From an uncultured Spirochaetaceae bacterium (lineage in GTDB: Bacteria; Spirochaetota; Spirochaetia; Sphaerochaetales; Sphaerochaetaceae): 42,297 nt of DNA. The translations under genes were made by a program, and so were the position numbers. The DNA is taken from assembly GCA_944392735.1 (NCBI GenBank), contig CALXXR010000008.1:1-42297 (forward strand), given 5' to 3'. Every line of letters begins with the position of its first letter. The stretch's first letter is position 1. The notes beneath the pieces were generated by a model. The model saw only the letters and a list, made by a program, of their open reading frames with translations. It was not told the origin of the DNA and ran no database searches. Shown one piece after another: positions 9,974-18,614 of the stretch.

Positions 9974-10000
9974 GACAAAAGGACTTAAGTTGTCTATATT
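9972..10000 (+). promoter_or_regulatory. near-consensus sigma70-type promoter for the GHMP-like/surE/YkgJ-like operon
   Basis: TTGACA (9972-9977), a 17-nt spacer, then TATATT (9995-10000). It lies about 25 nt upstream of the first start codon. Confidence 0.6.
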
Positions 10001-10024
10001 ATCCCCAGAATCGGAACATTGGCT

Positions 10025-11191
10025 ATGAAGGGAATAATCGACGCACACAAAGCTGAATATGGGGTAGAGCCGGAAGTTGTCGTGGAGGTTCCGCAGGTTA
10101 CGACCCTGCTTGGCGCTTTCTCCGAGTTCTGCTCGGGGTATGCTCTGATGAGCACGAATACGCAGGGTCTCAGGGTTGCCGTATCCAGGCGGTCCGATAG
10201 CCAGGTCCATGCATTCAATTCCACGAAGAAGGAAAGGAAGAAGTTCCAGCTCATCGGAATCAAGCCTCGCAGGGAGGACTGGTGGTGCACGCCGGTGAAG
10301 TCCATCTGCCAGGTGCTTCAGGCATCGGAGCTGAGCGTTCCTGGCTTCGACCTCACGATCAAGGGGCAGAGCGCAGTGGCGGATGCCCCTTCCATAACGG
10401 CAGCCATCACTGCAGGCCTGTTGATGGCCCTCGATTCCCTCTGCGGCTATCATCTCGAGATCAACAGCCTCATGAGGCTGGCATACAACTCCAACAGGTT
10501 CTCCGATTCATACAAGTCAAGGCTCCGCGACCTGATCACCATCTTCTCATCGGAGCCTGGCAAGATGCTGAGGTTCGACCTCGAGTCTTATGAGTGCACG
10601 CCGTTCGAGTATCCATTCACGACCGGCAGCTCGGTGCGCTCGTGGTTCATAGACTGCTCGCTTCCGGCAGATGAGCTTGCAGAGGAGGTATCCCTCTTCC
10701 GCGCCGAGGCCAAGGAGGCATTCGCCAGGCTCAAGGAGATCGCCCCCAAGGGCATCAAGCTCAGGAACCTTCCCCGAAAGGAGATCATCCAGAGCTCCCT
10801 CTCCGAGGATTGGAAGAGGCTGGTCTCGTTCGTGATCGAGGATTCGGCGTTCGCGGATAAGGGCTACGAGGGTCTGCTTTCAGGCGATGCCAGGCAGGTC
10901 GGCAAGCTCCTTTCCAGCGAGCAGCATAACCTATCCCATCTTGCCGGACTCACTTCCCCGGAGGTCGACTGGCTCGTCAAGAGGGGATCGGAGTCGGATT
11001 CGGTGCTCGGCGTCACCGAGATCGGAGTGGGCATCACAGGCACCCTCGTGGCATTCATCGAGAACGGCAAGGAAGGGCTGTTCCAGGAGAAGCTCGAGGA
11101 GTATGAGCGCATATTCGGATTCAAGCCGGTCATGCGGGAGTACATCCCATCCGGATCCATCAGGATCATCCCCAAGGGGGAGGATGCATGA
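10025..11191 (+). CDS. galactokinase/GHMP-kinase-like protein with degenerate catalytic motifs
   Basis: The ORF track starts at TTG 10019; the first ATG is at 10025. Length and layout resemble galactokinase. The three diagnostic motifs are recognisable but degenerate: QVTTLLGAFSEFCSGYAL, GQSAVADAPSITAAITAG and TEIGVGITGTLVAF. Confidence 0.65.
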   Translation: MKGIIDAHKAEYGVEPEVVVEVPQVTTLLGAFSEFCSGYALMSTNTQGLRVAVSRRSDSQVHAFNSTKKERKKFQLIGIKPRREDWWCTPVKSICQVLQASELSVPGFDLTIKGQSAVADAPSITAAITAGLLMALDSLCGYHLEINSLMRLAYNSNRFSDSYKSRLRDLITIFSSEPGKMLRFDLESYECTPFEYPFTTGSSVRSWFIDCSLPADELAEEVSLFRAEAKEAFARLKEIAPKGIKLRNLPRKEIIQSSLSEDWKRLVSFVIEDSAFADKGYEGLLSGDARQVGKLLSSEQHNLSHLAGLTSPEVDWLVKRGSESDSVLGVTEIGVGITGTLVAFIENGKEGLFQEKLEEYERIFGFKPVMREYIPSGSIRIIPKGEDA

Positions 11192-11925
11192 ACATCCTCC
11201 TCTCCAACGATGATGGATACCAGGCGCTGGGGATCAAGGTGCTCGAGGATGTCCTTTCAGAGAGGGGACACTCCATATATGTCTCCGCTCCCGACAGCGA
11301 GCAGAGCGGGAAGTCGCATGCGATGACGATCCGCGGCAGCGTCGAGGTCACGGAGTATGCACCAAGGCATTTCCACGTGACGGGAACGCCGGCCGACTGC
11401 ATCATCTACAGCCATCGCTGCTCGCTTTTTCCCGTTGCGTTCGATACCGTCGTATCCGGCATAAACCATGGCTACAACCTCTCCACCGATATCGTCTATT
11501 CCGGCACCTGCGCAGCTGCGCGCCAGGCAGCGTTCTATGGCATGAAGGCCATCGCGCTCTCTGCAGAGCATGGAAGGAGCCCCGAGCTGCTGAGACGGTC
11601 CGCTGAGTTCGTGGCTGACCATCTGGAGGCATTCCTTGCAGCCATACCACACGGAGCCTTCATGAACATAAACGTCCCTGAGTCGTTCGATGGCACCGCC
11701 GAGGCCGGCGGCATGGGAAGCATCATCTACAACGATCGCGTAGCCGTCATCTCCGAGGATGGCCCCAGGAAGACGCTCGCGATAGAGGATGCAACGCTTG
11801 AGTATGAGCCTTCGATGACTGCTTATCGCGCAGATCATGAGATATGCCGTTCAGGCAGGGCCTCCGTCTCCATAATCGATGCCCTCCCGTCGCTTTCCGC
11901 AGCCATGGGGGCTCTTCCCCTGTGA
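11188..11925 (+). CDS. surE: 5'/3'-nucleotidase SurE
   Basis: MNILLSNDDGYQALGIKVL and GINHGYNLSTDIVYSGTCAAARQAAF are present. An ATGA overlap links it to the upstream gene. Confidence 0.93.
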   Translation: MNILLSNDDGYQALGIKVLEDVLSERGHSIYVSAPDSEQSGKSHAMTIRGSVEVTEYAPRHFHVTGTPADCIIYSHRCSLFPVAFDTVVSGINHGYNLSTDIVYSGTCAAARQAAFYGMKAIALSAEHGRSPELLRRSAEFVADHLEAFLAAIPHGAFMNINVPESFDGTAEAGGMGSIIYNDRVAVISEDGPRKTLAIEDATLEYEPSMTAYRADHEICRSGRASVSIIDALPSLSAAMGALPL

Positions 11926-12227
11926 AGTGGGAGGATATCTGCTCACGCTGCGGCCTATGCTGCCATGAGAAGGTCATCCATCCCGACGCGCTAGTGATCG
12001 ATCTCTCGCAGCCCTGCCGATTCTATGACGGCAAGCGGCATGAGTGCACCGTATACCACGACCGCTTCAGCTCCGAGCCGCGTTGCTGCAAGGTCACTCC
12101 GCTGATGGCCGCATTCGGCCGCTCATTGCCAGATTCATGCGCCTATGTCGAATGGGCCAGACGCCATCATATCCGCTTCAGGCGGCCGAAGGAGCTTGTG
12201 CTTTCATCATCGTCCGACGCTCCTTGA
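11922..12227 (+). CDS. YkgJ-like cysteine-cluster (CxxCxxCC) protein
   Basis: ORF track gives 11844..12227. I trimmed the start to GTG 11922, which overlaps the surE stop (GTGA). The translation VKWEDICSRCGLCCHEKV...CRFYD...CTVYHDRF...CC resembles the zinc/iron-chelating UPF0153 family. Confidence 0.65.
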   Translation: MKWEDICSRCGLCCHEKVIHPDALVIDLSQPCRFYDGKRHECTVYHDRFSSEPRCCKVTPLMAAFGRSLPDSCAYVEWARRHHIRFRRPKELVLSSSSDAP

Positions 12228-12262
12228 CGCAATAGGGTGCAGGTGGGTAACTTAAGTCCGGA

Positions 12263-13447
12263 ATGGAGATGAATATGGACAGGAGATATGTCTATCTCGA
12301 CAACAACGGCACAACGAGGATGGCCGATGAGGTGAGGGACTTCATCCACTCATACGATGAGCTGTACGGCAATGCCTCGAGCATGCATACGCTCGGCCGC
12401 CAGTCGGCTGCCGGAATAGAATGGGCGCGCACCAAGGTCGCTGAGCTGATAGATGCCGACAGCGCGGATATATACTTCACATCTGGAGCCACGGAGAGCA
12501 ACAACGCGGTCCTCAACATCTTCCGCGACCTTGCGGATGAGGGAGGGGAGCGCAGGAGGATCATCATCTCCTCCGTCGAGCATCCCGCTTCGATCGAGAG
12601 CGCGAAGTACCTGAGGAAGAAGGGCTATCAGGTGGATCTCTGCCCTGTGGATTCCATCGGCAGGCTGCGCCTCGATGAGCTCGAGAGGATGATGGGACCC
12701 GATGTCTCCCTCGTCTCGGTAATGACGGGCAACAACGAATCTGGCACGATACAGCCGGTCAGGGAAGCCTCCGCCATCGCCCACAGGCATGGCGCGTTCT
12801 TCCATACCGATGCCACGCAGGCCATCGGCAAGATCCCCGTATCCGTGAAGGAGATCGATGCCGACTATCTCTCGCTTTCAGGACACAAGTTCTATGGCCC
12901 CAAGGGCATAGGAGTCCTCTATGCCAGGCATGGCGCTCCTCTCTCCCCGTTCATCCATGGCGGTCATCAGGAGAAGGGCATGAGGGCAGGAACGTACAAT
13001 AACCAGGCCATATTCGGGCTTGGCAAGGCTGCCGAGATCGCGAAGGAGACCCTTGTGGAGGAGCATGAGAGGCTCTGGGAGATGCGCGAGGCGCTCAGGC
13101 GCGGCATCGAGGAGAGGGTCCCAGGCGTCGTCATCAACGGATCGAACGATGAGTCGCTCTGCCTGCCCGGCACGCTCAACGTATCGTTCCCATCCGCCGA
13201 GGGAGAATCCATCCTCCTCTATCTCGACCTCGAGGGGATCGAGGTATCGACGGGCTCGGCATGCGCAACGGGTTCGCTCGAGCCCAGCTACGTGCTGATG
13301 GCGGCAGGTCTGGATGTCGAGCTTGCCCATGGCTCGATCAGGTTCTCGTTCGGCAGATACAATACGATGGACGATGTCTCATACGTGCTCGAGAAGCTTC
13401 CTCCCATCATCGAGAAGGTGAGGTCGATGAGCACAAGGAAGGTGTGA
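12263..13447 (+). CDS. nifS: cysteine desulfurase NifS
   Basis: PLP-lysine context SGHKFYGPKGIG and catalytic Cys loop STGSACATGS are present. ATG 12275 (MDRRYVYLDNNGTT, with GGAG upstream) is an equally good start. Confidence 0.92.
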   Translation: MEMNMDRRYVYLDNNGTTRMADEVRDFIHSYDELYGNASSMHTLGRQSAAGIEWARTKVAELIDADSADIYFTSGATESNNAVLNIFRDLADEGGERRRIIISSVEHPASIESAKYLRKKGYQVDLCPVDSIGRLRLDELERMMGPDVSLVSVMTGNNESGTIQPVREASAIAHRHGAFFHTDATQAIGKIPVSVKEIDADYLSLSGHKFYGPKGIGVLYARHGAPLSPFIHGGHQEKGMRAGTYNNQAIFGLGKAAEIAKETLVEEHERLWEMREALRRGIEERVPGVVINGSNDESLCLPGTLNVSFPSAEGESILLYLDLEGIEVSTGSACATGSLEPSYVLMAAGLDVELAHGSIRFSFGRYNTMDDVSYVLEKLPPIIEKVRSMSTRKV

Positions 13448-13448
13448 T

Positions 13449-14060
13449 ATGGCAGAGAGCTTCATGGCCCAGTGGGTCTATACCGATACGGTCAAGGATC
13501 ACTTCATCAATCCGCGCAACCTCTGGAAGGAGGGCGAGGACTTCCAGCCCGATGGAGTGGGCGAGGTCGGCTCGCTCGCGTGCGGCGATCAGATGAGGGT
13601 GGGAATCAAGGTCTCCGATGGCAGGATATCCGATCTGAGATGGCTTACATACGGTTGCGCATCAGCGATCGCATCCACGTCTATGATGAGCGAGATGGCC
13701 ATCGGCATGACGCTCGAGGAGGCCTATCACCTCACGCCATCGATGATCACCGATGCGCTCGGCGGGCTTCCGGAGCATAAGTTCCACTGCTCCGTCCTCG
13801 GCGACAAGGCGCTCAGGGCCGCGATAGACGATTATCTCGAGCGCAATGGGCTGGACAATCCGTACAAGGGAACGACCGCTAGGATCATCTGCGAGTGCAA
13901 GGGCGTCACCGATCAGAGGATCGAGGAGCTCGTGAAGTCGGGCAAGGTCAGCACATTCGAGGATCTCCAGAGGGAGACCGGTGCCTCGACCGCCTGCGGC
14001 AAGTGCCGCGACAGGATCATGGAGGAGCTCAACGAGGCCCTCCACATCTACGGCAGATGA
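13449..14060 (+). CDS. nifU: Fe-S cluster scaffold NifU (IscU-like domain + BFD-like 2Fe-2S domain)
   Basis: Motifs GSLACGDQMRV, LTYGCASAIASTS and HKFHCSVLG mark the scaffold domain. ICECKGVTD...ACGKCRDRI marks the BFD-like domain. Confidence 0.9.
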   Translation: MAESFMAQWVYTDTVKDHFINPRNLWKEGEDFQPDGVGEVGSLACGDQMRVGIKVSDGRISDLRWLTYGCASAIASTSMMSEMAIGMTLEEAYHLTPSMITDALGGLPEHKFHCSVLGDKALRAAIDDYLERNGLDNPYKGTTARIICECKGVTDQRIEELVKSGKVSTFEDLQRETGASTACGKCRDRIMEELNEALHIYGR

Positions 14061-14371
14061 TCAGCGTATACCTGGAATCGGTGAGGGACGCCCTCTATCC
14101 ACGCAGGAGCGGCGTCCTTACGAAGCGCAGCAAGTACATCAGGATAGAGCCCCTCAGGCCATATACGAAGGATGAGATACGCACGCTGCGTCTGCGCCTC
14201 CATCTCTCCGTCGGCCTTTTCGCGGAGCTCCTTGGCGTCTCCACGAAGACGGTGGAGGCATGGGAGAGCGGCCATAACGAGCCCTCCGGACCTGCATTGA
14301 GGCTGATGAACATGATCCAGCGCTATCCGGACGTGCTGACGGAATCGCATGCTGTCTACGTGACGAGATGA
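14057..14371 (+). CDS. XRE-family HTH protein resembling MqsA/HigA-type antitoxin C-domains
   Basis: ATG 14057 overlaps the nifU stop (ATGA). It carries LSVGLFAELLGVSTKTVEAWESGHNEPSGPALRLMNMIQRYPDVL. The longer ORF from 13895 lies inside nifU and I discarded it. Confidence 0.7.
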   Translation: MISVYLESVRDALYPRRSGVLTKRSKYIRIEPLRPYTKDEIRTLRLRLHLSVGLFAELLGVSTKTVEAWESGHNEPSGPALRLMNMIQRYPDVLTESHAVYVTR

Positions 14372-14375
14372 CCGT

Positions 14376-16013
14376 CTAGATTGCCGAGTAGACGGATCCT
14401 CCGATGAACTCCCTTATGAGGGAATCCGGGGGAACGAGCGTCGATGGAATGGGGCAGATGAATTCAAGGAAATCCAGCAGCCTCCGCGCCGTCGTGTATG
14501 CCTCTCCAGCCTCCTTGGGAACGGATCTCAGAAGCGGCTCCGCATAGGGCTTGAGCACGCCCATCTCATACTCCAGCGCGCTGTTGACCATCACGTCGGC
14601 GTTGTTCTGGAACGGGAATATGTGGTTCTTCTCGCCCCTTTCGACCGATGGCCATCTGGAGAGCGTATCCACGGCATCGAATCCCCTTGTGCGCATGTCG
14701 CGCACCATGCGCCTGAGTATCCTGTTGTCCGTCGTGCTGATCCTCGAGCGCGTGTCGAGGTTGACCTGCGTCAGCGCGGAGATGTAGATCCTGAAGCCAT
14801 ATCCGTGCGGCAGCGATGGGATGAGCTTTGGATTCAGGCCGTGTATACCCTCGATCACGAGCAGCGAATCATCGTCCATGCGCACAGCTTCAGGGCGGAA
14901 CGTTGTCCTGCGGTCCTTGAACGAGAAGGAGGCCAGATGTACCTCCCTGCCTTCGATCAGGTCCGTAAGCTGCTTTCGCAGAAGCGGGAGATCGAGCGAT
15001 TCCAGCACCTCATAGTCCTTCTCCCCGAATTCATCGACCGGCACCTTCTCCGTCGGCAGGTAGTAATCGTCCAGCGATATCTTTATGGGGCGGTATCCTT
15101 CTACCCTGAGCTCATCGGAGAGCCTGAGCGAGAACGTCGTCTTGCCAGATGATGAGGGACCTGCGATGAAGACGGCCCTGACGCTTCCCCGTTCCCTGAT
15201 CAGGCGCGCCGTGTCGGATATCCTCCTTCTCTGGAGCGCTTCTGAAAGGAGCACTGTCTTCTCGATCGATCCATCCTGGACCTTGCTGTTGAGCTCTCCG
15301 ATGGAGCTGACGCCCAGAATCGATGCAAAGCGCTTGTTCTCCCTGAAGACGGAGAACAGGAGGGGATTGTCCACGAACGGCATTATGCGCTTGGGGCTGC
15401 GGCTCTGCGGGTATCTGAGGAGCAGCCCATCCTCGTATTCCCTCAGCTCCCACAGCGTCAGCAGCCCTGTCGATGGCAGCAGCGGCTCATAGTTCATCTC
15501 CATGCAGCCGCCAAGCCTGGCGAAGCTGTATGAGGAGGCATTGAGCGACTCGAGGAGACTTTCCGTTTCGACCAGCCCATGCTCGCGTGAGTACGCGACG
15601 GCTTCGTCGTGCGTGAGGTCCACCAGCTCTATTGGCATGTCCATGGAGACAGCTTCGCGCATCACTCGCTCCAGGCTGTCCCTGTCGGGCTTTTCATTGC
15701 CTCGGTATCTGAAATAGTACCCATCCCCAAGGCTGTGGCCGATGATGAGCACGCGCTCGGGGGCAATGAGGGCGGAGGCGTATGAGAGGAGGAAGCACAG
15801 GCTCTTGCGGTAGACCCTCTTGCCGAGCGGACTGTCGAGGGCTACCGTCTCGATCGTTGCATTGCCGGTGATGCGGGCCTGAAGCGATTCCAGCCTGCCA
15901 TTGACCTTCGCTGCGACAGCTGCTGGCCCGGAAGCGCCTACGATGCCGATGAGCCTGCTGCCCGATTCGGCTGTCATCCTCTTTCCGTCTACAGTCAGTT
16001 CCAGATTCCTCAT
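14376..16013 (-). CDS. long uridine kinase/phosphoribulokinase-family nucleoside kinase with an N-terminal extra domain
   Basis: 545 aa with the P-loop GPSSSGKTTFS in the C-terminal half, and VIEGIHGLNP...RRMVRDMRTRG typical of Udk/PRK. I did not identify the N-terminal ~270 aa with certainty. Confidence 0.78.
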   Translation of the reverse strand: MRNLELTVDGKRMTAESGSRLIGIVGASGPAAVAAKVNGRLESLQARITGNATIETVALDSPLGKRVYRKSLCFLLSYASALIAPERVLIIGHSLGDGYYFRYRGNEKPDRDSLERVMREAVSMDMPIELVDLTHDEAVAYSREHGLVETESLLESLNASSYSFARLGGCMEMNYEPLLPSTGLLTLWELREYEDGLLLRYPQSRSPKRIMPFVDNPLLFSVFRENKRFASILGVSSIGELNSKVQDGSIEKTVLLSEALQRRRISDTARLIRERGSVRAVFIAGPSSSGKTTFSLRLSDELRVEGYRPIKISLDDYYLPTEKVPVDEFGEKDYEVLESLDLPLLRKQLTDLIEGREVHLASFSFKDRRTTFRPEAVRMDDDSLLVIEGIHGLNPKLIPSLPHGYGFRIYISALTQVNLDTRSRISTTDNRILRRMVRDMRTRGFDAVDTLSRWPSVERGEKNHIFPFQNNADVMVNSALEYEMGVLKPYAEPLLRSVPKEAGEAYTTARRLLDFLEFICPIPSTLVPPDSLIREFIGGSVYSAI

Positions 16014-16057
16014 GTGGCTAATGATACCATACGCTTTCTTGCGATATGTGTATTGTT

Positions 16058-16426
16058 TCAGGATTCCACCTTCATCTCATCCTCGATCCATCGCATGAGG
16101 ATATCCACGACATAGTCCACCTCCTCATCGGTGAGGGCCCTCCCTGGTGGGATGGAATGCCACTTCATAAGGCAGGAGCGGCAGCAGCAGCCCGTCGCGT
16201 GCTGGGCGATGAAGACGGGATGGCCGCGCATCGGCGTCTGCTTTCCGTCATTCGCGATCTCCGCCGGCGAGAGGCGCTTGATGATGAAGTCCCTGGCGTG
16301 GCGCTCGATCGTCTCCATTCCCTTCGCCGCGATGTATCCCCTGTCCGCTGCAGAGAGATGGAAGCGCATCCTGAATGGTGAGCGGCTGCGCCTTCTGCAG
16401 AATGAGTTCCAGCTTTCGTCCGTCAT
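16058..16426 (-). CDS. DUF4186 family protein
   Basis: ORF track gives 16058..16528. I trimmed the start to ATG 16426 (MTDESWNSF). The conserved core DGKQTPMRGHPVFIAQHATGCCCRSCLMKWHSIP is present. Confidence 0.8.
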   Translation of the reverse strand: MTDESWNSFCRRRSRSPFRMRFHLSAADRGYIAAKGMETIERHARDFIIKRLSPAEIANDGKQTPMRGHPVFIAQHATGCCCRSCLMKWHSIPPGRALTDEEVDYVVDILMRWIEDEMKVES

Positions 16427-16472
16427 GGCTACAGTGTATGCCTTTTCGCGTTTTGGGAATATAATCTTGGGC

Positions 16473-18191
16473 ATGGCCGTTCTTGTGATCCATCTGGATA
16501 AGGAAGAAGCAGAGAGGAGGGAATGCACGCTCTGCGGCTTGGAGCTTGCCCTGAGCCTCTATCATGAATATGAGGAGCTCTCTCCAATCGTCATATCCTC
16601 TCCGACTCCGGAGGCTGTCCTCGTGCCGGGCTGCGCATGCTTCTCGATGGTCTTCCGCTCCCCGATCACGGAGCGCATTGCCATAGCATCATCTGCATTC
16701 GCGCCAGGCTACTCCCTCCGTCGCCTCGGCTACGATGCCGTCGTGATCGTCGGGCGCGCAAGAAGGCTTCAGCTCATATCGATCAATGCCGATGGCGCTG
16801 AGCGCATCGCTGCAGAGCAGTACAGGGGCTCTACATCGGAGGAGTTCGAACGCCTTGCGCGCCGCAATGTGGCGGATGCATTCCTCAGCATAGGCCGAGC
16901 TGGCGAGAATGGCGTGCTATTCGCCTCCGTCCAGTCAGGAGGAAGGGAAGCAGCATCCCAGGGGCTTGGATGCCTTTTTGGATGGAAGAACCTCAAGGGG
17001 ATCATGCTTCCCGGATTCACCCGCAAGGATGAGATGCACCAGAGCGGAAGCCTCGGCAGGCGCGTTCGGAGGAGGCAGGAGAAGAGCGCGATCGCAAGGC
17101 GCTTCAGGAAGGAGGGAGATGCCCTCTTCATCGATGCAGGCCTCTCGCTTGGATGGCTTCCCGTATCGTACTATTCGGAGAGGTTCGATCCCCGTGCGGA
17201 ATTCCTCGATGGCCTGGCCATGGCCGATGGCTATGGCGTCTATCCCGAGGCATGCCAGGACTGCGGCTTCGCCTGCGGCAGGAGGACAAGGGACAACCGC
17301 ATACTCCCTTCATGGGAGGAGGCGGCCATGCTCGGAAGCAATCTCGGATTCTTTTCCATAGAGAGCGTCAGGCGGATCGCCGATGCCGTGAGGGAGGAGG
17401 GGCTTGGCGCCGCCGATACCGGTGCGCTGCTTGCGTATCTTGCCACGCTTCCTGGAACCGACTATACGCTTCCGGTGCTCAAGGGCAGGGGCGTGGAGGA
17501 GTATGTCAGGGTCATCCATCTCATCGGCGTGGTCCGCGGGGTCGGAGAGAGGCTCTCCGAAGGGCTGAAGGGCTTTCCGGATGCGATCCAGATGGGGAAC
17601 CATCTCCCGATCCTGACAGACCTCAGGGGCGATAGGGCTGGGGCCGTGCTTGCAGTGCTCGGCCTTCCTGCAAAGCTCCCTGCTGCCTGGCTTCTGCCCA
17701 GGAAGCCCCTTTCATACGCATCTGGAGCCATCATGGCGCTATATGAGATGGCATACAGGTATGCGCTTGTGTCGGAAGGATATGTTCCGATGGGCACGCT
17801 GACGCAGTGGTGGGGAAGGCTTCCCCGCTTCGTCTTCCGCGTCCCGTTCCTCCTGCGCATAGCTGCGCTTCTTTTCCGTGCATATGGGCGCAAGGGCTCC
17901 GATCTGTACGGTAAGGGCCTTCGGATCATCGATGAGCTTGCGGGAAGATATCCTCTTCCGGAGCACTTCCAGATGGAGCCCCTCAGCGCCTATGGGGATG
18001 GTGCCACGACATCCGCCGAGCGCGCGTATGGCGCTTATGCTCACGAGAAGCGGATCGCGGAGATCGTGCTGAAGTCGAGGAGGGAGAAGAGGAAGACCCC
18101 TTCCTCCGACAGCAATGCAGCCGTAGGGCCTTCGGAGGATCGAGGCCTGGAAGGCGATCCTGGATTGCAGAACACGACGCCATCCTCCTGA
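16473..18191 (+). CDS. divergent aldehyde:ferredoxin oxidoreductase (AOR)-family protein
   Basis: ORF track gives 16131..18191, but its 5' part overlaps DUF4186 on the other strand, so I trimmed the start to ATG 16473 (16425 is also possible). AOR N-domain pattern: LGYDAVVIVGRA...SIGRAGENGVLFASV...GWKNLKGIM. The CxxCxxxC motif appears as CQDCGFAC. Confidence 0.68.
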   Translation: MAVLVIHLDKEEAERRECTLCGLELALSLYHEYEELSPIVISSPTPEAVLVPGCACFSMVFRSPITERIAIASSAFAPGYSLRRLGYDAVVIVGRARRLQLISINADGAERIAAEQYRGSTSEEFERLARRNVADAFLSIGRAGENGVLFASVQSGGREAASQGLGCLFGWKNLKGIMLPGFTRKDEMHQSGSLGRRVRRRQEKSAIARRFRKEGDALFIDAGLSLGWLPVSYYSERFDPRAEFLDGLAMADGYGVYPEACQDCGFACGRRTRDNRILPSWEEAAMLGSNLGFFSIESVRRIADAVREEGLGAADTGALLAYLATLPGTDYTLPVLKGRGVEEYVRVIHLIGVVRGVGERLSEGLKGFPDAIQMGNHLPILTDLRGDRAGAVLAVLGLPAKLPAAWLLPRKPLSYASGAIMALYEMAYRYALVSEGYVPMGTLTQWWGRLPRFVFRVPFLLRIAALLFRAYGRKGSDLYGKGLRIIDELAGRYPLPEHFQMEPLSAYGDGATTSAERAYGAYAHEKRIAEIVLKSRREKRKTPSSDSNAAVGPSEDRGLEGDPGLQNTTPSS

Positions 18192-18529
18192 TGCAGATCG
18201 GCGACATGGGTGTGGCCAGAGATGAATACATCACCTCTAAGGAGCGTATAGTCATCGCTGCAGAGCCTGTCGCCGTGCGTCATGACGATCCTGTGCCCAT
18301 AGAGCGTCATCTCCCTCTCAAGCGGCGGGAAGGGAATGCCCATATACTCATAGAACCTGTCGCAGTTGCCCCTCACGGAGATAAGCGATGAGAAGAACGT
18401 GGAATGCATCGGATCGGGGCACTGATCGCCAGCGCTGAGGATGCCTTCCGGGCTGAAGTGCGAGACGGCCCCGAGCACGAGGTCGATTCCATCCGCAGAT
18501 CCATGGATATCGGAGACTATGAGGTGCAT
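18041..18529 (-). CDS. YfcE/MJ0936-type metallophosphoesterase
   Basis: ORF track gives 18041..18667. I trimmed the start to ATG 18529 (MHLIVSDIHGS). Motifs AGDQ, VRGNCD, MTHGD, GHTH and NPGS are present. The 3' end overlaps the AOR-like gene by 151 nt. Confidence 0.85.
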   Translation of the reverse strand: MHLIVSDIHGSADGIDLVLGAVSHFSPEGILSAGDQCPDPMHSTFFSSLISVRGNCDRFYEYMGIPFPPLEREMTLYGHRIVMTHGDRLCSDDYTLLRGDVFISGHTHVADLHQEDGVVFCNPGSPSRPRSSEGPTAALLSEEGVFLFSLLDFSTISAIRFS

Positions 18530-18554
18530 GGCATGAGGATACTCCCTCCTAATG

Positions 18555-18585
18555 GCATGCGCAATGCTTAGCATACGCAATGCTT
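18555..18585. repeat. tandem 15-bp direct repeat in a divergent promoter region (possible operator)
   Basis: GCATGCGCAATGCTT (18555-18569), then A, then GCATACGCAATGCTT (18571-18585). Each unit contains the inverted half-sites GCAT/ATGC. Confidence 0.6.
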
Positions 18586-18614
18586 CCCGATAGGATTGGA
18601 GCAGAGGAGAAGCA

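Noticed and set aside
16131-16472. N-terminal 114 codons of the AOR-like ORF
   Set aside because: They run antisense through the well-conserved DUF4186 gene, and AOR-like similarity begins only near 16473.
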